From Podarcis melisellensis (lineage: Eukaryota), in the NCBI GenBank assembly GCA_964234715.1, contig OZ174285.1: 64,000 bases of DNA; one strand, written 5' to 3'. This document shows positions 40,211 to 53,483 of this stretch, piece by piece (position 1 is the first letter of the stretch; each line of letters begins with the position of its first letter). The notes beneath the pieces were generated by a model. That model was not told where the DNA came from, did not search any database, and saw nothing but the letters and a program-made list of their open reading frames with translations. The position numbers and the translations under genes were made by a program.

Positions 40211-43200
40211 AAACTTCGAATGACTGATACATTTTAAAACAAATCCTATCTGTTGGGACTTTCTTTTTATTCATTGGCAAAATAAAAAATAAATCTGGGC
40301 TGTTATCTTTCTTATCCAGATTTTACTATATGGCCAACATACTCTGTATTTTATGTAAAGAACATTACTTTTTATTTGAAACTCTGAAGGAATATAAAAT
40401 TACTTATTTTTCTTATAAGAGATCTTCATCACAATTTATTGGAATACTTCTGTGGAAGAGCTTCAAATACAGCAAAGTTTTAGGTAGAAGATGGAATTAC
40501 TCCATATGCAGAAATAGTGATTAGAACAGAACAGCTGCCTCCATTCTGTCAAAACTTGCTTTAATACAGCTATAAAGAAGAGCATCAGAAATTATTTTAC
40601 AAACTATGAATTACCATGGTATAGTGATACAAAATGTTTCTATGACAGTGATAGCTTATTGCTAATAAAAATGACAGAACTACTGATTCTCATTTGTAAA
40701 GGGGGGGGGGACACACAACTTCCTAGGCATGATCACAGATGAAAAGAATCTCTAAAAATGTTGATTCAGTACTAAATTATGTATGTGTGGGGGGATTAGT
40801 AGAAGAATGGAGTCAACAAGGAACAGGCTATGCATACATCAGTTGTCATGAGAAATTATTCAGACCAAAGAGAAGGGAAGAATTGGCGGTTTGAGACACT
40901 ATTTTAAGTGTCTCCTTTTGCACACAGTTTCTGCTTAAAGGGGATTAGCCAAAGTTACTAGTTCTTGCCAATGTGCCTCAGAATACAAGGTTGAGGGAGG
41001 CTTCTCTACCCAGCAGGTAGGAGGTCAAATCCTACAATTTGTAAAATCTTGCAAACTCGATCACTGGCTCTGCGGGTTGTGGCAGACGCAAGGGGAACAG
41101 GTTTGCTAAAGTAAATGTGGTAACAGAACTAGACCAGCCTTAGAATGAATAATGTTAAGGCTGTTCATTCTGTGCCATAACAAAATACATTTTCTTCACA
41201 TGAAACATTTCAAATATTTCTAAATGGTATATATACTTTTGATTTGCTGCTTCATCATTATAATGAATGAAATTTCACTGCCTTCTCAAAATAATGAAAA
41301 CGTTGGCTTCACTTTCCTAACATCACTTTTTAAGCATTCTATGAGCCTACTTTTGTTTTGCATTATATTTAAACATTTTGTGGGGAGGCATAATTATGTT
41401 GCTACTTGAAGCATTTCTTCAAAGATGGCATTTTCAAAAGAACTTTCCTTTTGGGGTATTTTCTTGGACAATTCTTGCAAGATAGGAGTTGTCATTGAAG
41501 GTTGCTAGAATGATTGTTTCATGAAGGGTATGTTGCTTATTATTATTTTCTTACTTTCTCTGTAGATTCAGCTGAATCTTCCTTTCTTTCTAATTATACT
41601 ATCATATCATATATACACGTATACCAGTTTGTTTTTGAATGTTTGAGGTTATGTAGTCGCAATTGCTCCACACATGCATGAGGAAGGAGTAACCAAACAC
41701 ATGTCTCTGATTAACCCCAAAACTACAAAAAAGGACCCCTTCCCCCAAACAGCCTATTTAAATGTCATCAGAATAGAAGTAAGAGCTGCCTCTAGAAATC
41801 AGTGGAGAAAAACAGTTTTTTAATGTAGCTGGCTTTGACACTAGAGTGCTCACCCCATTCTGCCCCTCACCCCTGAACAGCCCAATTAAAATAAGATGTT
41901 CGGTGGACCCAGGATGCTGGATAATGGGATGGTCAGAAATGTGAGTGGGGAGGAATTGAACTGCACTCAACATTGCTATGCTTGTAATACAAAATAGTGC
42001 ATCTAAAATTACTAATTGCTATACAAGAATGAAAATGGTCCCTGCCTGCAAGTTGACAAGACACTGCCTTAATGTGGCCTGTTACGAAATTCCTAGCCTT
42101 CTATCCTGGGATTCAGCTCCTGCCACATGTTCTTTTCAGCCTGTCAAAGAGCTGTTTGTCAGGCTGCAGGGAACCCAGTTTACAAGGATAAGAAGATGCA
42201 CAGGGATGACTCCCAGTGGGTCTGTCTTCACTTGCGGTTGTTCTTCCCACAGCATGCTAAACAGCTGTTTGATGGGCTGGGGGTGGAGGAAGCATGATTT
42301 TCAGTGCCAGTCGGCTGGGGAGCATGAGAAACACATGACAGGATCTCTTTCCATCACGTATCATCCCTCCTCACCCTCTATTTGTGAGCGGGGGAGGGTT
42401 AATTTGTACATGGCCCTCAACCAAATGTGGCCCACACAGTTAACAAGGTTGCTTACCAGTGATCTAAATGTTTATAATCACATGAATATGGTGCTTACAT
42501 GACTTTTCTTTGTATGTGTTAGTGTGGGAGATGAAAACACCTTCCCATGCAGGAAATTAGCTGCAAATACATTTTCAGGTGTGCTTTTTTGAGGCTTTCC
42601 ATTTCCTGGGAGCATTCTAGGAATCTATATCTGACTCTGTTTCTTTGGTTCTATTGCACTGCAGAGTGTTTGGAAGCATTTACTCTACAGTAGTTGTTTT
42701 ATATGGAGATGTGAAATCGTACTTTTCTTAGATGTAGTATAGCTATAAAACCAATTACCTGACTCTGATCTATACATATTTTTAAAACAGGTGTGGGTAA
42801 GCATTTCTAGCCAGTATCTCCCTACCTGTCAAATCAACTGATGTCACATTGTCATTAGGTTGTACTGTTTTGAAGCCCTGGTTTTAGGACTTTAAAGCAC
42901 AGTGTGGGCAATTTGAAAGCCCTTTTGCAAACAGCCCTCTCTAAACTTTCAAACATCAGGGGTTCAGAGAGCACTGTAAGGTTGCTTGCAAAAGGATTTC
43001 AAACGTGTGGCTTGCCCAAAACTACATCGGGACCAAATGGGGAGCCCTGGTAGGGCAGGTTTGGCCTGTGGGTTGGAGGTTCTCCACTTCTGGTTTATGT
43101 AAGTTTATTTTACATCAAAAAATATCCTCTCAAAATTATATTTTGTTAAAAATGGTTCATTGGTTAAGGATGCAATCCTGTGCACTTTCCTGGCAATTAA

Positions 43201-43552
43201 CTCCCGGTGAGATTTACATCTGATGAGTATACATGCATAGGATTGTACTCTAAATTATTTTGCTTTTGAGTAGCATTAATGTTCAGTGCCGATTTCGCTA
43301 ACCTTGTGACGTTTGCCTCATGTTTGCGCAACTGAGCTTTTCCAAGACCGTAAAAGTGAAAGGCCCCATTGAAAGGTTTTGAGAAATGGGAATTCCATGA
43401 CTTATTTAAACTTCTGGTCACTGTGCTTGTGTTTCAGACTTAGTTTAGCCTTTTTAAGCTACCCTTAAATTTGGACAATTTAAGCAGCTTTGCTGTTAGG
43501 TATCTGACATTACAACATCATCATATTTCTTGTGTTTGTCTTTCTATTACAG

Positions 43553-43835
43553 CCAGCAGCCAGCTTCAGGTGTAGCCTATTCCCATCCAACTACAGTTGC
43601 AAGCTACACTGTCCATCAGGCTCCTGTAGCTGCACACACAGTTACTGCTGCCTATGCCCCAGCAGCAGCAACGGTTGCAGTTGCAAGGCCTGCTCCAGTG
43701 GCCGTTGCAGCTGCTGCAACAGCGGCAGCCTATGGAGGTTACCCAACGGCACATACAGCAACAGACTATGGTTATACACAGAGACAGCAAGAAGCTCCCC
43801 CGCCGCCACCTCCAGTCACTACACAAAATTACCAG
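43553..43835 (+). CDS. ZFR: ZFR exon 3 ([14 protein letters not shown]...[13 protein letters not shown])
   Basis: ORF 43530..43850; canonical splice sites; 283 nt, phase 2 to 0. Confidence 0.97.
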
Positions 43836-45079
43836 GTACTTAATGGATAGACCATAATACTTGTGAAATTGAGTCTTTTACCTTTTAAAACATGATGGGC
43901 AATAGAATATGTTAAATATAGAGTAAGAATGTGCATGTATAACTCTTATGTAGTTTAGGCCAGTAATTCACAGAACAGACCCTGACTGAGTAGCGGTGAA
44001 ATGTAATAGGGTAGCCGATCCACCGTCACATCTTCAGCCCTGTCACTCATGCTGGCAGAGGGCATGGGGACAGGCAAATCGCTGTGCCAGCCTGAAGTTG
44101 GTGTACTGATCAAGCACAAATCAAGTCCAGTGACAACAGTGGGACTGGGTTAAGATCCAGCACATCCTGGACTGGCTCAGCTCCATCTGCCCATGGAATG
44201 GCCTCTTGGGGGACTTCCTGTGCTACTGCTGTTGTAGATGCCTTCAGTGGTACTTCCATGCACCCATATGTTTGGTAAGACAGTACAAGAATCTTTTTTT
44301 CCCCTTTAGCTTGATCATCGCATAGTCAAATATATTTTTAAAAACCTGAGGATAGCACTACAACACCTAGGGGAAGAAATATGTAAAACATTACTTAATG
44401 TGGAAAGTAACAATAATTTAAGTAATTATTAGCCACTGAACATTCCTAGCAAATTATTAACTGTAGCATAACCACCTCATCAGCATGTTGCAGAACTTTT
44501 AATTATTTAGCACTGTACATGCCTGCAGGCTACAACATATGTGAGATATTAGTAGATTATTATACACAACCTGAGATAAAAGGCAGTTGTATCCCAAAGA
44601 GAGCTCAGTTTCACAACAGTCTGTCAGCATCTCTACCTGCTCCATACTTGATGTCACATATGGCATCTGGTATGGGAAAGGTGGATGCAGTCTGGGGAAA
44701 ACTTTTTATGAGATAAATTTGGCCTCCAACACTGGAGGTTCTCCAACCTAATGGAGAGGTTTGTGCTTGGTGTCTTGTGGGTAAAGTGATGGTGATATAG
44801 CATTTTTTAAAAATGTAGGGGGAAAGGCTGCTTAACAGGACATTGGCATTTGTTTCTTTAATGCAAGTTGTCCAGTACTAGCTTCATTTAATCTAGCAAT
44901 CTTAGGCAAAAAATACATAGTTTGATCCTCAAAAATGTAACTTATCAATTCTGTTGAATGTTTCTACTATTTTAAAGTCTGATTAATTAGAATAATCAAA
45001 ATAATTCAGTAATAGTCCATATATTTAATGGAAAAACTAATGTCCATATGTTTTCTCCCCCACTCCCATGTTTCTTAAG

Positions 45080-45224
45080 GACACCTATTCATATGTTAGA
45101 TCTACTGCCCCAGCTGTAGCTTATGACAGCAAGCAATACTATCAACAACCCACAGCCACTGCAGCTGCAGTGGCAGCTGCTGCCCAGCCACAGCCTTCTG
45201 TGGCTGAATCGTATTACCAAACAG
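45080..45224 (+). CDS. ZFR: ZFR exon 4 ([21 protein letters not shown]...YYQT)
   Basis: 145 nt; taag| acceptor and G|gtgagt donor. Confidence 0.97.
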
Positions 45225-45272
45225 GTGAGTTGCAAGCTTTAAAGAGAACTTCAGCTTTTTTGTTGTGATATA

Positions 45273-45981
45273 CCGTATTTTTCGCTCTATAACACGCACC
45301 AGACCATAACACGCACATAGTTTTTAGAGGAGGAAAACAAGAAAAAAAAAATTCTAAAGTGGATGTATGATTTTGTGGTTCATGCTGTGGCCACAGACAT
45401 ATGATCTGACAGTGAGTTTGGAGTAGCCCAATGCAAAAATCCTGAGGATCCATGTGGATCCATGCTTTGTAACCACGTTTTTGCACCACTGAGACCCCAG
45501 GCAACAGTGGGTGCGTGATTTTTTGGGTGCAAGATGTAGCCATGGACATGCTATGTGATCTGATGGTGAATTTGGGGTGACCCAGTGCAAAAATCCTGAG
45601 GATCCATGTGGATCCGTGCTTTGTAACCACGTTTTAAGTGGGGAGGGAAGGAAAAGCACTCAAGGGACAAGGAGCACGCATGGAGTGTGTGGAGAAGGAT
45701 GCTGCTAATAATGCTATTTAGCAAGCTGAGTGGGAAGGAGAGAGGGACAGAGAGCCTGCTTGCTTTAAAGGAGCCAACCGGACATTAGCCGCTTACACCC
45801 GCTTTGCTGTTTGAAAGCGAGCCACGGAGGAGGGAAGGAAGGGGAACCATGGATCCTCTGCTCACAACTGCAGCAGATCCACCCCCCCGCCACCCGTAGG
45901 CATTCTCTCCATAACACGCACAGACATTTCCCCTTACTTTCTCGGAGGAAAAAAGTGAGTGTTATGGTGCAAAAAATACGA
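45273..45981. mobile_element. Non-autonomous Tc1/mariner (pogo-type) element with internal tandem duplication
   Basis: TIR CCGTATTTTTCGCTCTATAACACGCAC vs GTGAGTGTTATGGTGCAAAAAATACG, TA flanks; duplicated block about 45400-45480 / 45555-45635. Confidence 0.8.
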
Positions 45982-46760
45982 TAGTTCACAAATGTGTTAC
46001 CATCTGCAGATGCTCAGAATCTAGTAAGTAAAATAGTTTGTTAGTAGCTTGGTTTTCAATGGTTAACTGTTTGGTGGTTAACTTAGCAGTTAGGGCTCAA
46101 ATATGCAAATCTTAACAATCCTCTAGCTTCTAAAAGCTCATTTAATTGCTTTATTCAAAGAAGAATTCTAACACGACTGCATCACAGAGTGCATGCCATG
46201 TTTTATCTTCTTAGGACTTGGAGGGTCTGCTTGCTAGGTAAAACATTTGGCCATTCTGAACTTGTAAGTCATTGGAGAAAAACCTTTTTTGTGACTGCCA
46301 CAAATAAAGTTTAAAGCTTTTGAGAGTGTCACTCTAATGTATGCTGCTGTGCTTATTTAGCCCCATGTGGCTTGGCGCTGTTTTACAACTAGTCTACTCA
46401 GATGGGGAGCAAACAGCTATGTGTGAAGGAAATAGGAAAGGAGCAGAGTCAGATGCTTTAAATTGTTGCAGAGTAATGGGGGCAGGAAGGTAACTGCTTT
46501 TAACGAGAGAGTTTTTTGGTATAACTCAAATTAGTTTATTTTCTTGACATATCTGTATGGTGCGTTTTATATTGGAGCCCCATCCTAACTGGGAGCTAAT
46601 CACCTCTTTTCATTAAACCAGATGTTGGTGGGATTTTTTTCTTCATATAAATCGGTGGATAAAATATTAGATAGGAATGTGGAATAAGCATACATTGCAA
46701 TTAGTTTTTTTTATCATTGTCTTCGGTTTGGCCACTATTATGTGTGTTCAAAGAATGTGG

Positions 46761-46891
46761 AGTTACAGATAGGTAGCCGTGTTGGTCTGCCATAGTCAAA
46801 ACAAAAAAAATTCCTTCCAGTAGCACCTTAAAGACCAACTAAGTTGGTTCTTGGTATGAGCTTTCGTGTGCATGCACACTTCTTCAGATAC
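46761..46891. mobile_element. Penelope-like element fragment flanked by a 17-bp direct repeat
   Basis: CAAAGAATGTGGAGTTA at 46749-46765 and 46891-46907; homologous to 1650-1727; carries the hammerhead motif typical of PLEs. Confidence 0.7.
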
Positions 46892-46897
46892 AAAGAA
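46848..46897 (-). ncRNA. Minimal type I hammerhead ribozyme motif (Penelope-associated)
   Basis: Minus strand reads UUCUUUGUAU-CUGAAGA-A-GUGUGCAUGCACAC-GAAA-GC-UC/AUACCAAGAA: both core boxes, palindromic stem II, palindromic AGCU stem III, stem I 9/10 bp. Confidence 0.75.
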
Positions 46898-46957
46898 TGT
46901 GGAGTTAAACATGTTAGTTTAAGCGTTGTTGCACTGAAAGTAAAAGCACAAGCTTTA

Positions 46958-47404
46958 ACCTGGGAGAAGAGACGGTAGAAGAAGATTGGAAGAAATTTAA
47001 GATTTATCTACAGAAATATTGTAAACTGTATGAATGTTAAGAAGGATGCTAGAGTATAAACGACTTGGCACCATTAAGCTAGAGGAAGTGAATTATGAAG
47101 ATAAGCTAAATTTTAAGAAAAGATAAATATTTGGAAGTTTCAGGTTATATTCAAGGTTTTAAGATCTGAATAAAAGACATTTAAAATTAGAGATATAACA
47201 TTGGAAAATTAGATAATAAGAATAGAAACAAGGGGATAAATTTGCTGGACAAAACTTTATAGACAGGAACGCAGGAGCGGGAGATGTGAGGGAGTCCAAA
47301 GAAGTTAAGAAAATTAAGTCAAGAGATGTGTTATATTGTATTGTTTATTGGTATTGTAATCAAAATAAAACTGTTAATAAATATTTTATTTTATTTTTTA
47401 AAAA
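46958..47404 (+). mobile_element. Probable L1-like LINE 3' fragment
   Basis: Purine/AT-rich, ends in AATAAA plus A-tail; short AAGCTTTA flanking repeat. Confidence 0.5.
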
Positions 47405-47623
47405 AAGCTTTACGGTGCCGATCCCATTATAGTGATAGTAGTATTTTTATAATAGAAGTTCCAAGTGCAGAGCTTAAAGTGTAGGGTGAGATTTATTCCC
47501 ATATTGTCTGCCTTATTCAATAATAAGATAAAGTGAAAAATTAAATGAAATTGATTTTTAAATTATAATTGTTTACATGATTATTGAAATATTCATGTAA
47601 TTATGCTCTTTTGTCTTAATTAG

Positions 47624-47842
47624 CTCCAAAAGCCGGCTATAGCCAAGGAGCAACTCAGTATACTCAAGCCCAGCAAACTCGTCAAGTGACAGCCATAAAA
47701 CCAGCCACTCCAAGCCCAGCTACTACTACTTTCTCCATATATCCTGTATCTTCCACTGTGCAACCAGTTGCAGCAGCAGCTACCGTTGTTCCCTCGTATA
47801 CCCAAAGTGCTACATACAGTACAACAGCAGTTACCTATTCTG
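47624..47842 (+). CDS. ZFR: ZFR exon 5 ([13 protein letters not shown]...TTAVTYS)
   Basis: 219 nt, phase 1/1, canonical sites. Confidence 0.97.
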
Positions 47843-48476
47843 GTGAGTATTGCTTGAAGAAAGGATATTAGAAATGACTGTTTAGATGCCTTTGTAAGAT
47901 CAAAGGTACAAATGCTGTGCTGAACATGTCTAGATTTTTCAAAGACAGGTTCTGTACTCAAATTACTTCTTGGGAACTTTTGCTTTGTCAAATGTGCTGA
48001 TTGTGTGCAGGTTTACTCAGAAGTAAGTCAACTATGGCCAGTTGGACTTACTCTAAGGTAATGGTATGATTACAAATTCAGACTCTTTAGAACAGGTGAA
48101 AAAGAGTCTTGATGGCAGACTGTTGGTGTAGAGCAGGTGTCATCAACCTTTTCAGGCACGAGGTGATGCCTTACAGATCTATGTTGGACTGATTGTACAG
48201 GTTTGCTGTATGTCTGTGGATGTTGGCATTGCTCCACTAGAAAAAAATTGCTTTTTAAACTTGTAATAAACTCCTCTTTTCTGGCTGTGTAGCATTGCTT
48301 GGATATACAGATTGCAAATATTGGTTTTACTTTTAAGTACAAGTTTTGTGCATCTATGTTAATGCTGAAATTCTCCTTAATTAAGAGATACTCTGGTGTA
48401 CACTATGCATTTATTACCTTTAGATTTTCAAACTTTAATGTGCTTACAATGTACAACTTTTTTTGATCATTTAAAG

Positions 48477-48724
48477 GTACATCGTATTCTGGCTATGAGG
48501 CTGCAGTATATTCAGCTGCATCATCTTACTATCAACAGCAGCAGCAGCAACAGAAACAGGCGGCGGCGGCAGCTGCTGCTGCTGCTGCAACAGCCGCCTG
48601 GACAGGGACCACCTTCACGAAAAAGGCACCATTCCAAAATAAACAGTTGAAACCAAAACAGCCTCCCAAACCACCCCAGATCCACTATTGTGATGTTTGT
48701 AAGATCAGCTGTGCTGGACCACAG
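48477..48724 (+). CDS. ZFR: ZFR exon 6 (polyQ/polyA tract, start of zinc finger 1 [14 protein letters not shown])
   Basis: 248 nt; C-x2-C of a matrin/U1C-like finger. Confidence 0.97.
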
Positions 48725-48799
48725 GTATTGCTGCTTTCTGATTATGAACTTAATTGCTTCGTAAAATGAAACAATTACTATATGCCAAATATTAAGGGT

Positions 48800-48924
48800 C
48801 AAAAAGTTTTTCGCTTCAGGGTTATTTCAGTTTAAAATATTCCAATTGCACTTTGGTTTTCAAATGTTTTGGAAGTCGAACGGACATCCGGAACGTATTC
48901 CATTCGACTTCCAAGATACGACTG
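48800..48924. mobile_element. Mariner MITE one-end fragment
   Basis: Ends in TTCGACTTCCAAGATACGACTG-TA, like the other mariner MITE termini. Confidence 0.5.
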
Positions 48925-49065
48925 TATAATTATGTGGAGGAAAGTATTTTCAGGATACTTTTCAGCAGCAAATCAACTTCATGTTGCTTATCTCTTGCAC
49001 TTTGCTTTTTGATGAACAGAATAATATGATAAATGAACTAATGTGTCTTTTTATTCATGTGGTGA

Positions 49066-49338
<273 letters not shown>

Positions 49339-49634
49339 TGAATGGTCTGACAGGCAGGCAAAATTCATCACATTTGATAGGAGGCTGGGACTGCCCACCT
49401 TTCAGTTACCTGACACAGTATGCCTTTAGGTAATTCAGCCTCAAATGAATGAATTGTGCTCTCAATTTGTTCTTTATAGCTATGACTGTAATTCAAGCAA
49501 GGGCTTCACTAAGCAGTAAACGTGAGCCCCACCTTAGGCAGGGATTGGTTGCACTTGGAGCTCCTGAATTGAGCCTATCAGAATAAGGCTTGCATTTGGA
49601 GCGAGGGAGAGAGAATGATAAGTCGCTCTGATCT

Positions 49635-49769
49635 GAATCACGGAGTTGGAAGGGACCTTGAGGATCAACTAGTCGAACCTCCTGCAATGCAGGAATATAC
49701 AGTTGTCCCTTACAGGGATCAAAACCTGCAACCTTAGCATTATCAGCACCACTCTAACCAACTGAGCTA
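49635..49769 (-). mobile_element. tRNA(Ile)-derived SINE with CR1-like tail (Squam3-like)
   Basis: Minus strand TAGCTCAGTTGGTTAGAG...GGTTTTGATCCC followed by the CR1 3' motif CCTGCATTGCAGG...CCTTCCAACTC. Confidence 0.75.
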
Positions 49770-50178
49770 CAACACATTAAAGAATCTGCAAACACACATC
49801 TCTACATAGTGTCCCATGTACTAGCTACCAACATGAACACAATCAGATCTTTATGCACTAGAACCTCTTTTGGTGTCTCCGAAGGTGACAACAGAGGCAG
49901 TGTCAGAATGGTGCCAAATGTAAAAGGCACTGAATGTTAGTACCTCTTGCAGATGAACAGTTGGGTGTACATCAGTTGTGTGACTGGGGTGCAGTTTCAT
50001 GCAGTATTTCATGTGTGTATTAGACTCCATTAAGTTTTCCCTCATGAATTCTGCAAATTCTTTTGAAGGTTCCTTGAAACTTATACTTTCATGCTCTTAG
50101 AAGTACAGACAGGATTCTAAATAGACGTTGAACAATTTTGTAGATTCTGCTATTAACTTTCTTCATTGGTGGTTCTAG

Positions 50179-50461
50179 GTGGTTAAGCTTCATACTAAAC
50201 TTGGCAAACCCATTCCTTCAACCGAACCAAACGTCGTGACCCAGGCTACATCTGCAACATCTGCTTCCAAACCAACTGCTGTCTCTTCAAACATTGCAAC
50301 TAACAGCAGCACTGTGAATTCTTCCGTTTCATCTTTGGCAGTGAAAATTCTTACTCCTTCCGCCAATGTGCTACTTAGCACAACTTCCAACAACAAAGCA
50401 ACAATAGTTCCAGCTAATGTTGCTGTAAAGAAAATATCCACACCCAAAATTAACTTCGTTG
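50179..50461 (+). CDS. ZFR: ZFR exon 8 ([17 protein letters not shown]...TPKINFV)
   Basis: 283 nt; G|gtaagt donor. Confidence 0.96.
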
Positions 50462-51156
50462 GTAAGTACTGAAGTATTTTAGTGAGAAGTTCAGCAAGAT
50501 ACACTAAATAAACTTATGCAAGAACAGGTTTAAAATGAGTGTCTGCTATGATTTTAACAACCACTGGAAATTCTAATTTTCTCTCTGCTTGGCTGCATGA
50601 AGCCCATCAGACCAAGCATCTGTTTGCAGTTCTAAGCACTGGCTCTCTCATGGCAATGTTTGTCTCATGCACACAAATTGCTACTCAAATGGTTTTGGAA
50701 AGTATTATATCAACACTTCTCTTCTCCAACACGCCTTTTATTAGAGATTACAATACTGAACATGGGGCTACCTTGGAACACAACTCCTAATGTTGTATGA
50801 ACAATGCATTTTTAATAGCTGTCATAGAGTTTTGTTTGGTCAAGGCTCAGCATGTTCATGTCTTGCACCCAATTATCCTGTCCTCTTGAACGCCCCAGGC
50901 CATGCTGTCATTATTAAAACAAACCGTATAGTTTATTTGAACTTGTATTTTATTTATTTTAACTGTTTATGTTACCTGTTTTTTGAGGAAAATACTACAG
51001 TATTGTGCTATGGTTTGCTTGCTTGCTTGCTTGTTTATTACTGACAGAATATCCAGGTTTTTAAGCAGTAGGCCAGCCTCCCCTTGGTTGTGGCAAGAAA
51101 TGTGACTCGAAAATGTAATGAAAATTAATATTCACTTGTGAAATGTTTCATATTAG

Positions 51157-51353
51157 GTGGTAACAAGCTACAGACAACAGGAAGCAAAGTGGATGAATTA
51201 AAAGCAGTAGAAAATATCAAAACTACTCCTTCTATTGCTGCAGTGCAAACACAGGAAATTAAGCCAGATATGTCTGCTGAATCAGTAACATCTACAGCTC
51301 TTGCTGCTTTGCAAAGTGAGGTCCAACCAGTGGGTCATGACTATGTCGAAGAG
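51157..51353 (+). CDS. ZFR: ZFR exon 9 (GGNKLQTTG...[11 protein letters not shown])
   Basis: 197 nt, phase 1 to 0. Confidence 0.96.
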
Positions 51354-51553
51354 GTATTCTTTCAAAAACTATGTTCATTAAATGCAATTATACAAAACTG
51401 CTGAATTAATGTGTTAGATTACTTTATATGGCTCAGAAGTGTGAAATCACGCTGATAATTAAATTAGCTTCATGTCTCTGTGTGAGGTAACTACTTGGCT
51501 ATTTTGTCTATAAAAGAATTTGCAGTGGAGTACTAATAGCATTGTCCATCATT

Positions 51554-52082
51554 CCCTGAGCCTCAGATATTCTGAGGAAGGTCACTTGTGAGTGTCTCTG
51601 CCATTTAATGTCAGTAGCTATTAAATTAAAAGCCTTTGTCTTCAGGTAAACTAGAGTGTGAATACTGACACTGTCTTAACACTTCTGATCATTGAGGACG
51701 TGGAGTGTCCTTCAAAACTGACCATTCAGAGGAAGAGGTAGTGGGATATATAGCAAGATGGCAATCATTGGGACATGTAGTAAGATGGCTGTGTCTTGTA
51801 AAACAGGAAAGTGATATGGCATATTACAGGCATGTCCAAAGTCCATTTTGGAGGCCTAATCTGTTCGATTTAATCCGGCCCCTGTGGCAGTATATGTCCT
51901 GGGGTAAAATCCTAAAAAAAGCTCATCAGGAAAGCCATCAGGAAAGAAAAGGAGTTAAATGCCTCCGCTGGGAGCTTTACAGATGGGGCAACATTTGAGA
52001 ACACTGTAAATTTAATAGCTACTGACCTTAAATGGCAGAGACACTCACAAGTGACCTTCCTCAGAACATCTGAGGCTCAGGG
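51554..52082. repeat. 74-bp inverted repeat (51554-51627 / 52009-52082), 381-nt spacer
   Basis: 72/74 complementary by manual alignment. Confidence 0.92.
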
Positions 52083-52745
52083 CAGGATAGATGGACATTC
52101 TTTCAGGAATCCAGGTTGAGGGGGGGTGTGTCTCATAGGTCTGGCACAGGTTCTGATTAGGCCTTTGAAACTCTTTTCCCCAGACCATGGCCAGCTGCCA
52201 CATGGGTTACATATGCGACAGCAGATGAGAGGCAGGTAAGGACATGACTCCAAAGGAACAATCAGGAGCTTAAAGTAAGGGGTAAATCCACACCATAAAT
52301 TCAAAGCATCAAATGCATATTTAAAGTACATGACTTTCCCCAATAAATCCTGGAAACTGGTTTGTTATGGGTACTGGGAATGCTGTCTCTGTAGAGGGGA
52401 AGTACAGTTCTCAGGATTCTTTGGGAGAAGTCAGGTAGCTTAAGTGTGCATTGTATTTGCTTTAAAAGTACAGTGTTTATTTGCCTTGAGTTCCCGATTG
52501 TTCCTTTGCAAGCAGGGCTTGCTGACAGCGAGTTCCACTAGGAAGTTTCCCATCCGGGATCTAGTTCTCCAACCTCGGTATAGGGTTTTCAAGGCCATAA
52601 TCAGCATTTTGAAGTGAGCCTAGAAATGCATAGATAACCCCTGTATATCTTCGAGGACAAGCGTTATGTGCAAGGTGTAGATCTTTCAGGATCAATATTC
52701 TGCACAGTTTGCTCAGTTCAAAATTCTAGTCACTATGCTCTGGAC

Positions 52746-53000
52746 CAGGGGGTCAGCAACCTAAGGCCCATAGGCCGGAAGCGGCCCGTGGAGATCGTTT
52801 GACCGGGCAATGAGCCGTCCCCAAACTGAGCTGCTTGCGCGCTGCGCTAAAGCGGTGCGGGGAGTTGCTTCCGCAGCGTCAGAAACCACGTCTGCGCAAA
52901 CGCAGATTCCGAAAATTGCGGGCATGTGCGCAATCCAGCCTATGAAGGGATCTCCACGGGGCTGATCCAACTCAGGCAAGATAAACCTTGCCGAACCTTG
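52746..53000. mobile_element. hAT MITE
   Basis: CAGGGGGTCAGCAACC start; TSD CTCTGGAC/ATCTGGAC (7/8). Confidence 0.75.
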
Positions 53001-53442
53001 ATCTGGACTGTAGCTTTCAAACTGCCTTCAAAGGCAGCCCGATTCAAAACACATTAGTAGTTACTGTACTTGTTCTGGTGTTTAGAAAAGATTTTAACAG
53101 TGAAAGGACATCTACAGAACGGTGTTTTGGAGTAATAGAGTGTTCTTCAGCGATTGAGAATAGTGCCTCAACATAATGTTCCAAAGTAGAACTATTGCAG
53201 AACTTGCTCCAGAAAATTCCAAGGGGGGTTGGAGAGGCAAGTTACCGCTATATGAAATAGTTCAGGGGCGCAGAATAGATCTAGATTCTGAAAGAGTGCT
53301 CATATGGGTAGAAGTGCTCTGTTGGCTATGAGAAACAAAAAGCTTTGCACTTGATCTGGAACACAATAATTAACTTGGGAAATGGGTAATTCAACTTTGA
53401 TATCAGACAGTAGCAAAGGTAAGAATAGATATTTGGGTCAAA

Positions 53443-53483
53443 GGTTTGTTTGTTTGTTTGTTTGTTTGTTTGTTTGTTTGTTT
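53443..53483. repeat. (GTTT)10 microsatellite
   Basis: Direct reading. Confidence 0.9.

Noticed and set aside
41978-42502. 174-aa intronic ORF
   Set aside because: No domain, starts at a non-optimal site, overlaps decayed MITE-like sequence
43215-43250. CTGATGA hammerhead-like box
   Set aside because: No following GAAA box or stems; part of a palindromic MITE
49700-49769. tRNA-Ile-like sequence
   Set aside because: Degenerate arms and fused to a CR1 tail, so it is a SINE head and not a tRNA gene
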